Source of the DNA: a virus
IMG/VR virus record: IMGVR_UViG_3300025150_000003
Location: 1 to 64,000 of that record
Reading direction: 5' to 3' (one strand)
Length of the DNA stretch: 64,000 bases
The position numbers and the translations under genes are program-made. Of this stretch, positions 27,674 through 36,857 are shown one piece after another (positions within the stretch are counted from its first letter, which is position 1; every line of letters begins with the position of its first letter). Below the pieces are notes generated by a model. That model was not told where the DNA came from. It saw only the letters and a program-made list of their open reading frames with translations, and did not search any database.

Positions 27674-28212
27674 GGGGTCCCTTTCTTCATCGCCAGAGTT
27701 TCCCATGCTGCCGTGGGACAGATCTTGTCCAGCATCTCAGCGAAGGTGCTGCCAACCTGTCGTGAAAGAGGCCTTTTCCCTTCCCAGTAGAGGTTGCAGT
27801 CGAGGCATCTCCACATAGGCCGTTCCAGCACGTCGTCTTCCTTCACCCTCTTGTGATGGCAAGCCACGTTCTCCTGAAACGGAAGGTTGCGGCGAGCCTC
27901 CAGGATCCAGCCGGTGGCCCATTGGCCACAGGTCCGGCAACGCTGCCGGCGAGCTTTGGAGTTCGAGGGGAAGTCCGGCACTACACAGCACCGGACCTTT
28001 TCGTGATTGGGCTCAGGGAGAGGCCAGGGGCAACCATGCAGGTGCCGGGTGTAGCACAGCAGCCCAGGGTTCCTGTTGATGTTGGTGTACCCACGACCCT
28101 GTACGAAGGTCCCGTAGTCCTCATGGATATGCAAGCACCCTCGGGCGCAGCACTTGTCGTCTAGTACCTCTGCGTCTCGACCATCCCCACGAGCGTTCTT
28201 GATGCAAGCCAT
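27670..28212 (-). CDS. Cys/His-rich zinc-binding hypothetical protein
   Basis: Multiple CxxC; class I motif upstream. Confidence 0.7.
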   Translation of the reverse strand: MACIKNARGDGRDAEVLDDKCCARGCLHIHEDYGTFVQGRGYTNINRNPGLLCYTRHLHGCPWPLPEPNHEKVRCCVVPDFPSNSKARRQRCRTCGQWATGWILEARRNLPFQENVACHHKRVKEDDVLERPMWRCLDCNLYWEGKRPLSRQVGSTFAEMLDKICPTAAWETLAMKKGTP

Positions 28213-28234
28213 CGGTGTCCCTTCCTCCGTGGCT

Positions 28235-28265
28235 CTACTACGGACGAACCTCCGAGGTTGAGCCC
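28235..28265 (-). promoter_or_regulatory. Class I promoter-like motif
   Basis: Perfect consensus. Confidence 0.8.
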
Positions 28266-28585
28266 AGCCGAGCTAGAGTTGTCACCCGGAAGGTCTTGAT
28301 CTCATCCCCTATGAGGACCTTCACACACCGGTGATATTCCATGTCGATGACCTTTCCCTGCTCCCCCGCCTTAGCATACAGGGTATGCGTGTTGCAGGGT
28401 GGCTCACAGGTGGGCCACCCATAGTCCTGTGCCCACCTGAAGTAGGTACGTTGATTCCAGAAGGCCTCTCGTTCCGCGACATCCTTCGGGTTGGGCACCC
28501 GGTAGATGTCACGCAGCACCACGACTTGATCACCGGTCTGGATGTCCCGGTTGCGGCGAGGAGCTTTAGGTTTCCGGTCAGGCAT
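28238..28585 (-). CDS. Hypothetical protein
   Basis: GGAG RBS. Confidence 0.65.
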   Translation of the reverse strand: MPDRKPKAPRRNRDIQTGDQVVVLRDIYRVPNPKDVAEREAFWNQRTYFRWAQDYGWPTCEPPCNTHTLYAKAGEQGKVIDMEYHRCVKVLIGDEIKTFRVTTLARLGSTSEVRP

Positions 28586-28586
28586 A

Positions 28587-29573
28587 CTACTCTCCCTCCT
28601 CTTCTCCGAAGAGGAAGTCAATGAGGGGCACTCCCTTGGGAGGCTCAGGAAGAACCAGAGCCTCCCTCTTGGCCTTGCGAGCCTCCTGGAGGAGCTTCCT
28701 CCGATGAGCAGCCCGGGGGAACTTCTCCGCCAGAGTCTGGTCCAGACCCTGGAGGTAATCTCGACCATAGGTGCCGTTCTCCAGGGTGTCATAGAGCACC
28801 TTGGGGAGCGTTTTCGCCATGTCCTTACAGACGGCTGCCGCCGGCATCGCGATGGCCGCCACGGTGTCTGTATCCCCCGTGTAGGCCACACACGCCTGTA
28901 GTACGTCCCCCAGGCTGTCGTGGTTCACCAGGGCCGTCAGGGCCGCCCGAACCGCTGCAGGGCCAAAGGATCCCACCTTGCCCTTCCAGGGCTTGTGAAA
29001 CCCAACCCCTGGTAGCCAGTTGCCGAGGAACTGAGGGAGATCCGACCGGGGGCCAAGTTCGTGGTAGCAGTAGTGGAACATCAGGGCGGCACCAGCAGCC
29101 GCTGTCATCCCCGGCCAGGTGCCGTGCGTCACCGACGCCTGAAGCATCGCCAGGTCCCGCACCTCGTGGATGTTCTCAAGGAAGCCAATGGGAAACGCCC
29201 GCATCGCGCCCCCGTTCTTGTCTGAGGTTGGACGGATGCGCTGGATCAGGTCCAGGCCGTCATCCACCTCCTGCAACAGCTTGTAGAAGCCACCGGCGTA
29301 GCCGGTGCGCTCATCCCGCTTGAAGGTCATGACCCACCGCTCGGCCAGAGCGAGGTGATTCAGCTCCCCGTCTTCGATCAGATGCTCGGCCAGAGCCAAG
29401 GCCATCTGAGTGTCATCGGTGTAGTAGCCGGGCTTCATCTCCGGCCACTTGGGGTGCTGACGGTAGCCTGCCCCTGGATGGTTGTTCGTCCGCACGGCCA
29501 GGGGCAGGATGTACTCAAATCCTGCCCCGTAGGCGTCCCCAATGGCGCAGGCGAGCATCGGTCCAATCTGCAT
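28587..29573 (-). CDS. ADP-ribosylglycohydrolase (DraG/ARH family)
   Basis: AIGDAYG..FE, YTDDTQM, NGGAMRA.P, TH, GDTDTVAAI. Confidence 0.95.
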   Translation of the reverse strand: MQIGPMLACAIGDAYGAGFEYILPLAVRTNNHPGAGYRQHPKWPEMKPGYYTDDTQMALALAEHLIEDGELNHLALAERWVMTFKRDERTGYAGGFYKLLQEVDDGLDLIQRIRPTSDKNGGAMRAFPIGFLENIHEVRDLAMLQASVTHGTWPGMTAAAGAALMFHYCYHELGPRSDLPQFLGNWLPGVGFHKPWKGKVGSFGPAAVRAALTALVNHDSLGDVLQACVAYTGDTDTVAAIAMPAAAVCKDMAKTLPKVLYDTLENGTYGRDYLQGLDQTLAEKFPRAAHRRKLLQEARKAKREALVLPEPPKGVPLIDFLFGEEEGE

Positions 29574-29576
29574 GGT

Positions 29577-29798
29577 CTAGTTCTCCGGCTGTGGACGGGA
29601 ACCGTACCCGAGGGAGAGGGCGAATTTGTCGCCCCCCTGAGCCCGGAGGTTCCTCCAGTTCTCGTAGGTAGCGCTCCACGACTTGGCGAGGGATCCTGAG
29701 CCCCAGATTGTATCTGAGCTACCCCGCTTGCCGTTCTCAACACTCAGGAGCCGGATGCGATGCAGTTCCTGTTGCAACTCGAAAATGAGGTTTCTCAC
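29577..29798 (-). CDS. Hypothetical protein, probably leaderless
   Basis: GTG 4 nt after class I motif. Confidence 0.55.
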   Translation of the reverse strand: MRNLIFELQQELHRIRLLSVENGKRGSSDTIWGSGSLAKSWSATYENWRNLRAQGGDKFALSLGYGSRPQPEN

Positions 29799-29802
29799 AC
29801 CC

Positions 29803-29833
29803 CTACTACGGGGCAGGAGCCGTTTCTGAGCCC
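29803..29833 (-). promoter_or_regulatory. Class I promoter-like motif
   Basis: GGGCTCAG-N15-CGTAGTAG. Confidence 0.75.
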
Positions 29834-30051
29834 TCTTTGTCGAGACAGTGATGTGGTGGTGGCTCGGGGTCCCACTCGAACCCCTGATAGACCCTGAACT
29901 GGTGGTACGAACAGATGGGGCACCGACCCGGAAACTTCCTCTGGAACTGTTCCAGTGTCTGGCGAGCCTTCTGATTGGCCCTCACACGGAACATCAGAAA
30001 GATGGCGTAGGCTGTGGTCACGAGGAAAAGAATGGTCCAGAGCGCTATCAC
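29806..30051 (-). CDS. Small membrane protein with CxxC
   Basis: N-terminal TM; CPIC. Confidence 0.6.
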   Translation of the reverse strand: MIALWTILFLVTTAYAIFLMFRVRANQKARQTLEQFQRKFPGRCPICSYHQFRVYQGFEWDPEPPPHHCLDKEGSETAPAP

Positions 30052-30226
30052 GATTTGGTCTCCCGTTCCACTTGGACGTGGTAGGTCACTCTGACCTGGT
30101 TCCCTAAAGTGCCTCTCGCTACATCAACCAGGTCTTCTTGCTTCCGCCGCCGCCTCCATTTCTTCCACCTGACATAGAAAGCGTGGATCACGACCACCAA
30201 CAGAAAAGAGATGAACAGGAGCGTGA

Positions 30227-30676
30227 TCAGGACTCGGTTTCCAGGTCCCGGCGGGCAACGGGACCCGTGGCGTTGGGGCCAAACCGATTGTAGTAATTGT
30301 GCCAGGCTTGGACACTGGAGAGGAACATGAGCCCGAACTGGTTCCAGTCCAGGCTCATGTCCTTGCGGAGTGGCATCCCCGCGGCTCGGTCCTCAACGTA
30401 GATGTGGCAGTGACACTTGGGAGAGGTGGTCCACTGACCCTGAGTCGGATGCACTGCTGCACCACCGACCTGAACCCCACGTTTTTCCAACCACTCGATC
30501 GCAAGCTGAAGGTTCTCTTTGTCCCTCATCGTGTTGAGCAGGTACACCACCGGGTACTCTGCCTGTGCTTTGAGCAACCACGGGATGGCTCCCAAGTCCT
30601 CCCCATCCATGAGGGGGTAACAGTGGGAAATGACGGTGCCGTCGATGTCGAGGCCGATGTAGAGGGTCTTGCTCAT
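30227..30676 (-). CDS. HAD-superfamily hydrolase
   Basis: IGLDIDGTV, LNTMR, SPK...YVEDR. Confidence 0.8.
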   Translation of the reverse strand: MSKTLYIGLDIDGTVISHCYPLMDGEDLGAIPWLLKAQAEYPVVYLLNTMRDKENLQLAIEWLEKRGVQVGGAAVHPTQGQWTTSPKCHCHIYVEDRAAGMPLRKDMSLDWNQFGLMFLSSVQAWHNYYNRFGPNATGPVARRDLETES

Positions 30677-31104
30677 TACTCAAACAGTCCGTAGCCGACG
30701 AAACGGATGTGGCGACCCTTCCCATCGTAGCCGTAGAAGGGTAGCATTTCGGGTGGGTTATCCAGAACCTTGATCTCCAAGGTGGGATCCGTGCGGCGAA
30801 GCATCTCGGCCCAGAGACGGGCCATATGTTCATGTGGCGGGTCCTTGAGGATAAGGGTTTCAGGATCCAAACACTCATCGGACTCGAAGAACTCCAAAGC
30901 CCACGGAGGGATCTGATCCGCGTTGATCATACTTTCCCCATACTCGTTGAGGATCGAATGGATGTCGAACATCCACGCGCAACCCTGGAAATGGATCTCG
31001 CGAACTTCCGTAACGGGCTTATTCGATAGCACAGTGAAGAAAGCACACTTGTCATGGCCATCACCAGACCAGTCACCGATGGGGAGCAGGAATTTGTAGA
31101 TCAT
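30676..31104 (-). CDS. Phage hypothetical protein
   Basis: IGDWSGDGH...VGYGLF. Confidence 0.75.
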   Translation of the reverse strand: MIYKFLLPIGDWSGDGHDKCAFFTVLSNKPVTEVREIHFQGCAWMFDIHSILNEYGESMINADQIPPWALEFFESDECLDPETLILKDPPHEHMARLWAEMLRRTDPTLEIKVLDNPPEMLPFYGYDGKGRHIRFVGYGLFE

Positions 31105-31106
31105 GG

Positions 31107-31688
31107 CTAATCCTCCTGGCCGAGCTTGCTGAGGGGCTTCCCATTCTCATCGAGGTTGTTCGCGCTGAGGGCACCCACAGCCAGCCGGTGGTAGGTGCTG
31201 CCCAACCACTGGAACAACCGCTGGGCAGGATCCTGAACGACCAGGACCACCAGGTCAAACGGCCAGAAGGAGATCCAACCGGTCAGTCGCCCCACGTTGT
31301 TCGATGCCTCCATCCTCTTCAGGTGGTAGTAGCGGTTATCAGAAATCCTCCGGTAAAATCGCTCCACCTCTTCCGGTCCCGGGAACTCCGGTGGGACCTC
31401 TTTGGTTTCCTCAACGATCTTCCTGGCCAGGGCACGGACGTGAAACCACCACCGCAACACGCTGTAGAGCCCGCCCACAGCAAAATAGGCCAGTGCCCAA
31501 CCGATGAATGCTGCGGGGTTCTGAACCAGGGGCAGAAAGTCAACGTGGAACAGCCAAGTCATCACGAGGACGGTGACCACCAAATTGACAAAGGCCCCGA
31601 AAGGCTTGCTCACGGCCAGGAATCCAATGGTGATCAGGGACGAGACGATCAGGTAGGCCACCAACTCAAGCGTCCATTCGATGACCAT
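31107..31688 (-). CDS. Multi-pass membrane protein
   Basis: AAGGAG RBS before ATG 31688; several TM helices. Confidence 0.7.
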   Translation of the reverse strand: MVIEWTLELVAYLIVSSLITIGFLAVSKPFGAFVNLVVTVLVMTWLFHVDFLPLVQNPAAFIGWALAYFAVGGLYSVLRWWFHVRALARKIVEETKEVPPEFPGPEEVERFYRRISDNRYYHLKRMEASNNVGRLTGWISFWPFDLVVLVVQDPAQRLFQWLGSTYHRLAVGALSANNLDENGKPLSKLGQED

Positions 31689-31690
31689 GA

Positions 31691-31934
31691 CTACTCCTTC
31701 TCGATCAGGGCGGGGGGGGTGCTGAAGCACCGTGATCCGCTTGTGGAAGTGTGTGTGGACACCGACAGCGTTGACCGACATCGTGTCAGGCATGAGCAGC
31801 GTGACATCGTGTCCACGCTCATGGGCCAGGTAATGGGCGAATTTCATGGCCCAGATGCCACGCACCCGGTTGCCGACGAGCTTGTTGTCGTCGAGTCGGC
31901 CATAGACCTGGCCAGCAGTGATGAGAACTCGCAT
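31691..31934 (-). pseudogene. N-terminal fragment of CoaB/DFP-like protein
   Basis: MRVLITAG....LD..K.V.N...G..A...A......HDVTLL; only about 80 aa. Confidence 0.5.
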
Positions 31935-31943
31935 TTTGCGTCC

Positions 31944-32207
31944 TTAGATGTCGTCCGGTCGGAGCCGGCTCTTGATCTTGGAGGGGAGCACCACATCGAC
32001 ACTGTTGGGGGTCTGACACTCGGGACAGATGACCTGGAAATCCTCCCATACCAGATCCCCATCCACATCGTGGGTGTAGCGTGGACGGAAATCTCCCTGC
32101 CATTTCACGTCCTGGTCGGTGACCCCCAACAGAGCAGAGCACCGGTAGCACTCAACTTGATGCTCCCACTTCGGGGGATTGGGGTTACCTTTCTTCAGGA
32201 CCTTCAT
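31944..32207 (-). CDS. Zinc-ribbon protein
   Basis: CYRC...CPEC. Confidence 0.75.
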   Translation of the reverse strand: MKVLKKGNPNPPKWEHQVECYRCSALLGVTDQDVKWQGDFRPRYTHDVDGDLVWEDFQVICPECQTPNSVDVVLPSKIKSRLRPDDI

Positions 32208-32431
32208 AGCGTATCTTCGTGGTAGAAGTAGTGGATCCGTACCAAGGCATCTTTCGGAGGCGGGGTGTTCAGCGTTACCTTCCCACGAACCACCTTGAAC
32301 TCCTGATAGGTCAGTATCCGGTCGTTGACCCGGACCTCAACGTGAAAAGGTCGGGATCGGCGAAAAATGTGCAGCACCCCAAGAAAGGTGAGCCCACCTA
32401 CGATGATCAGGGTGAGGATCAGCTCTGGCAT
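32204..32431 (-). CDS. Small membrane protein
   Basis: N-terminal TM. Confidence 0.55.
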   Translation of the reverse strand: MPELILTLIIVGGLTFLGVLHIFRRSRPFHVEVRVNDRILTYQEFKVVRGKVTLNTPPPKDALVRIHYFYHEDTL

Positions 32432-32482
32432 GATCAGGCCTTCTTCTGGGCGTGCAATGGGGAGTTCTTGTGGTGATAGGTT

Positions 32483-32653
32483 TTACGAGCCATCGGTCTT
32501 GTCCTTTGCAGCGAAATGGGAGGTGATCTCTTCTTCAAGAGAATCGTGCTGCTTCACCAACTCGGAAGCAGCACTGTCCCATCGGATGAAGTGGGCCATC
32601 TCGTTGGCAAGGTCTCGCATTCGGGTAAACAGATCTTGAGTCTCACTGTCCAT
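32483..32653 (-). CDS. Small hypothetical protein, probably leaderless
   Basis: ATG 4 nt after class I motif. Confidence 0.6.
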   Translation of the reverse strand: MDSETQDLFTRMRDLANEMAHFIRWDSAASELVKQHDSLEEEITSHFAAKDKTDGS

Positions 32654-32657
32654 GCCC

Positions 32658-32688
32658 TTACTACGCAAAGGGTAGGATTTTTGAGCCC
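32658..32688 (-). promoter_or_regulatory. Class I promoter-like motif
   Basis: GGGCTCAA-N15-CGTAGTAA. Confidence 0.75.
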
Positions 32689-32742
32689 TGTTGTTGCCAG
32701 TGAATGATGGTGACTTTGTCACCGACAGCCAGGTGGTAGGTC

Positions 32743-32940
32743 TTAATGGTCAGGGGAGTCCTCCATTGGAGCTTCGGATCCCTTCCCTTCGATGTCTGCA
32801 AGGAAGGGTTCCTTTGCATTCAGGATGAGATGGTGACTGACACCCAGGCATACTCGCTTGGGCTTGCGGAGCACTCCAAAGGACCAGAGGACGGCCCCAA
32901 GGATGAGGACAGTGATCAGAACTTCAAGGACGGTTTCCAT
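32743..32940 (-). CDS. Small membrane protein
   Basis: N-terminal TM. Confidence 0.55.
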   Translation of the reverse strand: METVLEVLITVLILGAVLWSFGVLRKPKRVCLGVSHHLILNAKEPFLADIEGKGSEAPMEDSPDH

Positions 32941-33035
32941 CAGGCCTCAACCTTCTTCTGGGCGTGGCTCGCCGCGGAAGTCTTCATCCCCGACGCCCCA
33001 ACGCTGGCCACCTGGTGTAGTAGCTTTCTGTGACC

Positions 33036-33066
33036 CTACTACGCGGCAGTAGGCAAAGTTGAGCCC
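33036..33066 (-). promoter_or_regulatory. Class I promoter-like motif
   Basis: Perfect consensus. Confidence 0.8.
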
Positions 33067-33704
33067 TTTGGGATGCAGACCCAGGTCTGTGACTTGTTCC
33101 GATTGTGGATGTCCACGTTGAAGGATCGCTCCAGGTTGTTCTTCAACCAGGCCTCTCGGTGCCAGCGGAACTTCGTCACGTCCACACCCAGCCCCTGCCC
33201 TGCCTGGACGTGGAACACCGTCCGACCGACGTAGGCCGAACCCTCGAAGTACCAGCGGCCACAGAACTTGTAGCCCTTGACCGACCACTTGGGCTTGCGG
33301 AAAGTGTTGAACACCAGTTTCCCACCGGGGGCGAGCAACTTCTTGAGCCAGAGGACGGTGGGGATGTCCCAGTTGAGGTAAGCCGCTGCCTGTCGGATGA
33401 AGATCCGGTCGAAGTAGCCGTGGTAGGCGTGGAGGTCACTGAACACGTCACCGAGGTGGTTGGCATCCCCCTGGATCTGGATGACCTCCGGCTTATAGAG
33501 CAGGCGAGGGTTCAGGTCGAGCAGGGTGAGCGTGGAAGGGTCCGCCTCCATCCTCAGGCACTGTCGAGTGAGGGCACCTTCGCCGCCACAGAGGTCCAGG
33601 ACCTTCATCCCAGGCTCGTACCACCCATACTCCAGCAGGTGGTCCTTCAGGAGCCAGCGGGCGTAGAGCAAGGAGTATTTGTCGGTCGTGCACTTCAGGT
33701 TCAT
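33039..33704 (-). CDS. Class I SAM-dependent methyltransferase
   Basis: VLDLCGGEG, LLDLN, QGDA, LAPGGKLVF. Confidence 0.9.
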   Translation of the reverse strand: MNLKCTTDKYSLLYARWLLKDHLLEYGWYEPGMKVLDLCGGEGALTRQCLRMEADPSTLTLLDLNPRLLYKPEVIQIQGDANHLGDVFSDLHAYHGYFDRIFIRQAAAYLNWDIPTVLWLKKLLAPGGKLVFNTFRKPKWSVKGYKFCGRWYFEGSAYVGRTVFHVQAGQGLGVDVTKFRWHREAWLKNNLERSFNVDIHNRNKSQTWVCIPKGSTLPTAA

Positions 33705-34238
33705 CGGAACCTCCGCCCATCGTAGGTGGACAGGTCGAACTGCTGAGGTTCATCCCCGGCCGCCTCCCTCAGAAAAGGAGTGATGTCCCGAAGAGCTTCG
33801 GGTTGGGGTTCTCCCAGAGAACCACCAGAGGTGGGACCGGGACTCGGGAGTCATCAGCTCCATATGGAGCATCACAGTGGGTCTACCCTTGAACTTGCGA
33901 AGTACAGGCTCCCGCAGGACACCCACAACGTCCCCTGGTTGAACTGAGGCCCCTTCCTCGACCAGAGCAGTCACCTCTCCATAGGTGATGACCCCAGACG
34001 GGCCCTCGACAAGGACCGCCTGGGTGTCATTCCACCAAGGGGTGGGGTCAGGTGCACTTGGCCCTGTGAAGCCATCCACTCGGACTACAACCCCTGCCTC
34101 GACGGCCACCACCAAGGTGCCCCGCTCGGCATACAGATCGATGCCCGTGTGAATGTCCTTTGCCCGCACCGTCCCGAAGGACCCTGGGGGATCCGGTAGC
34201 AAGGGCACCTGCCCCTGCAAGGGCCAAACCCAGGTCAT
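33701..34238 (-). CDS. M23 peptidase, frameshifted near C-terminus
   Basis: HTGIDL, VVAVEAGVVV, MLHME; +1 frame after about 33818 gives LRDITPFL and ends at 33701. Confidence 0.8.
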
Positions 34239-34241
34239 GGG

Positions 34242-34898
34242 TTACAGCCCTGAGGTGGCAGCTTGGTTGACGGCGGCATCCAGTTGAGACTGATGAGCCA
34301 GACTGTGATACTCCAGGGCCAGCACGATGTGGTAGTTGTCCCCTGTCAACCCAATGACGACCTGAGTGCGGTCGGTGGTCCACGAAGCCACCTTCATCAT
34401 ATGGCCGATGGACACCGCCATACCCCAATCCGCGGGGTCGTCCTTGTAGAGGTTGTTCACCCAGATGGTATCCTGCTTGGTGGGGGTGCCATACTTGACC
34501 GTGAGCTTCTCGACCAGGTTGTTGAAGTCCGTGATGAAGGCCGTCTTGTTGGAGTGTTCCTCTGTGATCAGGAATCGGCCCTGGGCGAGTTCGTCCTTGT
34601 AGAAGTAGTAGACAGCCTTGCACTGCAAGCCTGCCACCGTGCAGCTCTCCGCGGAGAACAGGACCACCACGTCCTGAAGGCCAGAGTCCAGGATTTCGCC
34701 GTCCATGCCCACGTCAGCACGGGAGAGCCCCCAGGACGCATTGCGGAAGTCGGGGTTGGCCACGAGGGCCTTTGCCTTCCCCTCAAGAGGGGTGGCGGAC
34801 GTTGCCGCAGCAGCCCCAGTCACGGGAAGGGGGTCAGAGGCCACCGGCTTCTCACAACCCATGAGGGACACGACCAGGAACAGAATCAATGAACGCAT
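34242..34898 (-). CDS. Putative lipoprotein
   Basis: Signal peptide with LMGC lipobox. Confidence 0.75.
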   Translation of the reverse strand: MRSLILFLVVSLMGCEKPVASDPLPVTGAAAATSATPLEGKAKALVANPDFRNASWGLSRADVGMDGEILDSGLQDVVVLFSAESCTVAGLQCKAVYYFYKDELAQGRFLITEEHSNKTAFITDFNNLVEKLTVKYGTPTKQDTIWVNNLYKDDPADWGMAVSIGHMMKVASWTTDRTQVVIGLTGDNYHIVLALEYHSLAHQSQLDAAVNQAATSGL

Positions 34899-34937
34899 GA
34901 TCACACACTCCGCTTTGGTGTAGGACAAGTCACGATC

Positions 34938-34968
34938 CCACTACGCACAGGGAGCCCGAGTTGAGCCC
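34938..34968 (-). promoter_or_regulatory. Class I promoter-like motif
   Basis: GGGCTCAA-N15-CGTAGTGG. Confidence 0.75.
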
Positions 34969-35004
34969 CATCGGGGTAGGATGCAAAATCACTGGAGGTG
35001 CCGC

Positions 35005-35916
35005 ATGGCTCGCTTGCAGCTCATCAAAGGCGGAGAGCCCGTGGGGATGGGTCTCGCCGACTACATCTGGCTCGATGACAACGGACTCCTGCTTTTCAAG
35101 AAAAAAAGCATCCTCATCGGCAAGGATGACAAGGGTAACCCCGTCCCCTTGCTAGACCGCTGGACCTACGAGTACGGAGAGCCGGACGACGATCAGACCC
35201 AGACACGGGTCCTGTCCCCCTACTTCTACTTGCCGGATCCCACCCGCCCCCAACCAAACTACCTGGTCCCCTGTGAAGTTCGCGACGCTGAGGATCACTG
35301 TGTCGAGATCAACTGGCGGGCAAAACTCCGTCTGGCCATCGACGATCGGGGCAAGATGACCAACCTTGTCTGGTTCGGTTTCGAGCAAGAGTACCTGCTC
35401 ACTGAGGCCGGGACGAAGGAAGAGGATGGCTACGAGGCTCGCCGGTTCAACACCTCCGAACGTCATCTGGGTGCCTGCTTCGATGCAGGACTCCTCATCC
35501 ACAGTGCATGGAATCCACCGGCTAACAGCCAGCCATGGGACTTCAAGATCGGCTATCGAGGATTCCCGCAAGACCTCGACCCAGACCCACCGAATGCCCT
35601 CATCGTGGCGGACCATCTCATCCTGGCCCGCTACCTGATGGAGAAGATCGGAGGCAGCAAAGGCCTAGTCCCCGAATGGGGGAATCTGAGTATCTTCGTT
35701 TCCACTCCCGCCCTGCGTGAGCCCGGCGGGAACCACCTCGCAGAAGCCACCCGCATGGCAGAGGCTCTCTCGCCCCTGGGCAAGATCAGACACATCCCGC
35801 ACCCCACTCACGGGGGACACCAGTGCCTCCAGGTGAATCGTGACACGCCCCATGACCCCTACAAACTGGCATACGACGTGCTGCTCGCCGTCTGGCCCCT
35901 CGACTCAACGGAGTGA
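35005..35916 (+). CDS. Glutamine synthetase (GSII-like), degenerate
   Basis: ADYIWLD, DP.R...LV.CEV, WFGFEQEY, HL.AC..AGL, DHL..ARYL; C-terminal catalytic motifs not seen. Confidence 0.75.
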   Translation: MARLQLIKGGEPVGMGLADYIWLDDNGLLLFKKKSILIGKDDKGNPVPLLDRWTYEYGEPDDDQTQTRVLSPYFYLPDPTRPQPNYLVPCEVRDAEDHCVEINWRAKLRLAIDDRGKMTNLVWFGFEQEYLLTEAGTKEEDGYEARRFNTSERHLGACFDAGLLIHSAWNPPANSQPWDFKIGYRGFPQDLDPDPPNALIVADHLILARYLMEKIGGSKGLVPEWGNLSIFVSTPALREPGGNHLAEATRMAEALSPLGKIRHIPHPTHGGHQCLQVNRDTPHDPYKLAYDVLLAVWPLDSTE

Positions 35917-35987
35917 TCGTGGAGGTTCTCGACCGTACACACTTCGGTTATGCTCCTATGCCCACTTCTAAGTAGGAGGTGGACGCT

Positions 35988-36857
35988 ATGCCACCAAAAG
36001 CCCCGACAGGTCTTCGATGGTGCAAGACCTGTAATGAGTACCGCCCGGTATTAGAATTTGGCAATGCCCTCTCCGCCTACTGCCATCCTCATTGGCTCAT
36101 CTATAACAGGGCCAAATCAGCAAAGATCCGAAAGAACCATCCTGGAAAGGATGCTGAACGGGTCAAGCGCTGGCAAGAAGCTAACCCCGAGAGGGTCCAA
36201 GCCAGGAACAAGGCCTGGGCTGCGGAACAGAAAGCCTTGGGTTACCCTGGTCTCAAGAGTTGGCTTGCAGCAAATCCTGAGAAGGCCAGGAAGTTGTGGC
36301 GTGATAGTGGCCGTAAGTGGAGGGAGGCCAACCCAGAAAAAGCCGCTGCGGCACGACACAGGAAGCGGGCTCGGAAGGCCAGAGCCCCTGGGCAGCACAC
36401 CGGGGTTGAACTCATGGCCCTTCGAGAGCAGTTCTCCGGGTGCTGCATTTATTGCGGTGCCTCCGCCGATACCTGGGACCATGTGCTGTCTCTGTTCCAA
36501 GGTGGAACCAACTTCATCTGGAATATCGTCCCAGCTTGCCGAAGCTGCAACAGCAAGAAGCAGCACACCCCACCAGAAATGTTCTTGAAGGGTAGAGAAA
36601 TCGCCGTGGAAGCTCTTCAATACATCACCTCAGCCCTGCAACAAGGCGAGGCATTGCTAGAGTCCCACAAGTATCGTCGAAACCCTTACGAGAAGGTAGC
36701 CGAGCAAACGCTCTGGGATGCTGCCAAGCAAGTATTTCAGCAGAACGGCAAGGTCACTGAGATAGGACTGGCTTCGACGAGCTTTCATCCGACTACTTTC
36801 CGACGCCGTCTTGGTGGTATGGGTCACATCAACGCTGTACTGGGAGCAAAGACTTGA
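35988..36857 (+). CDS. HNH endonuclease
   Basis: CIYCG...DHV...GGTN..WNIVPACRSCNSKK. Confidence 0.9.
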   Translation: MPPKAPTGLRWCKTCNEYRPVLEFGNALSAYCHPHWLIYNRAKSAKIRKNHPGKDAERVKRWQEANPERVQARNKAWAAEQKALGYPGLKSWLAANPEKARKLWRDSGRKWREANPEKAAAARHRKRARKARAPGQHTGVELMALREQFSGCCIYCGASADTWDHVLSLFQGGTNFIWNIVPACRSCNSKKQHTPPEMFLKGREIAVEALQYITSALQQGEALLESHKYRRNPYEKVAEQTLWDAAKQVFQQNGKVTEIGLASTSFHPTTFRRRLGGMGHINAVLGAKT

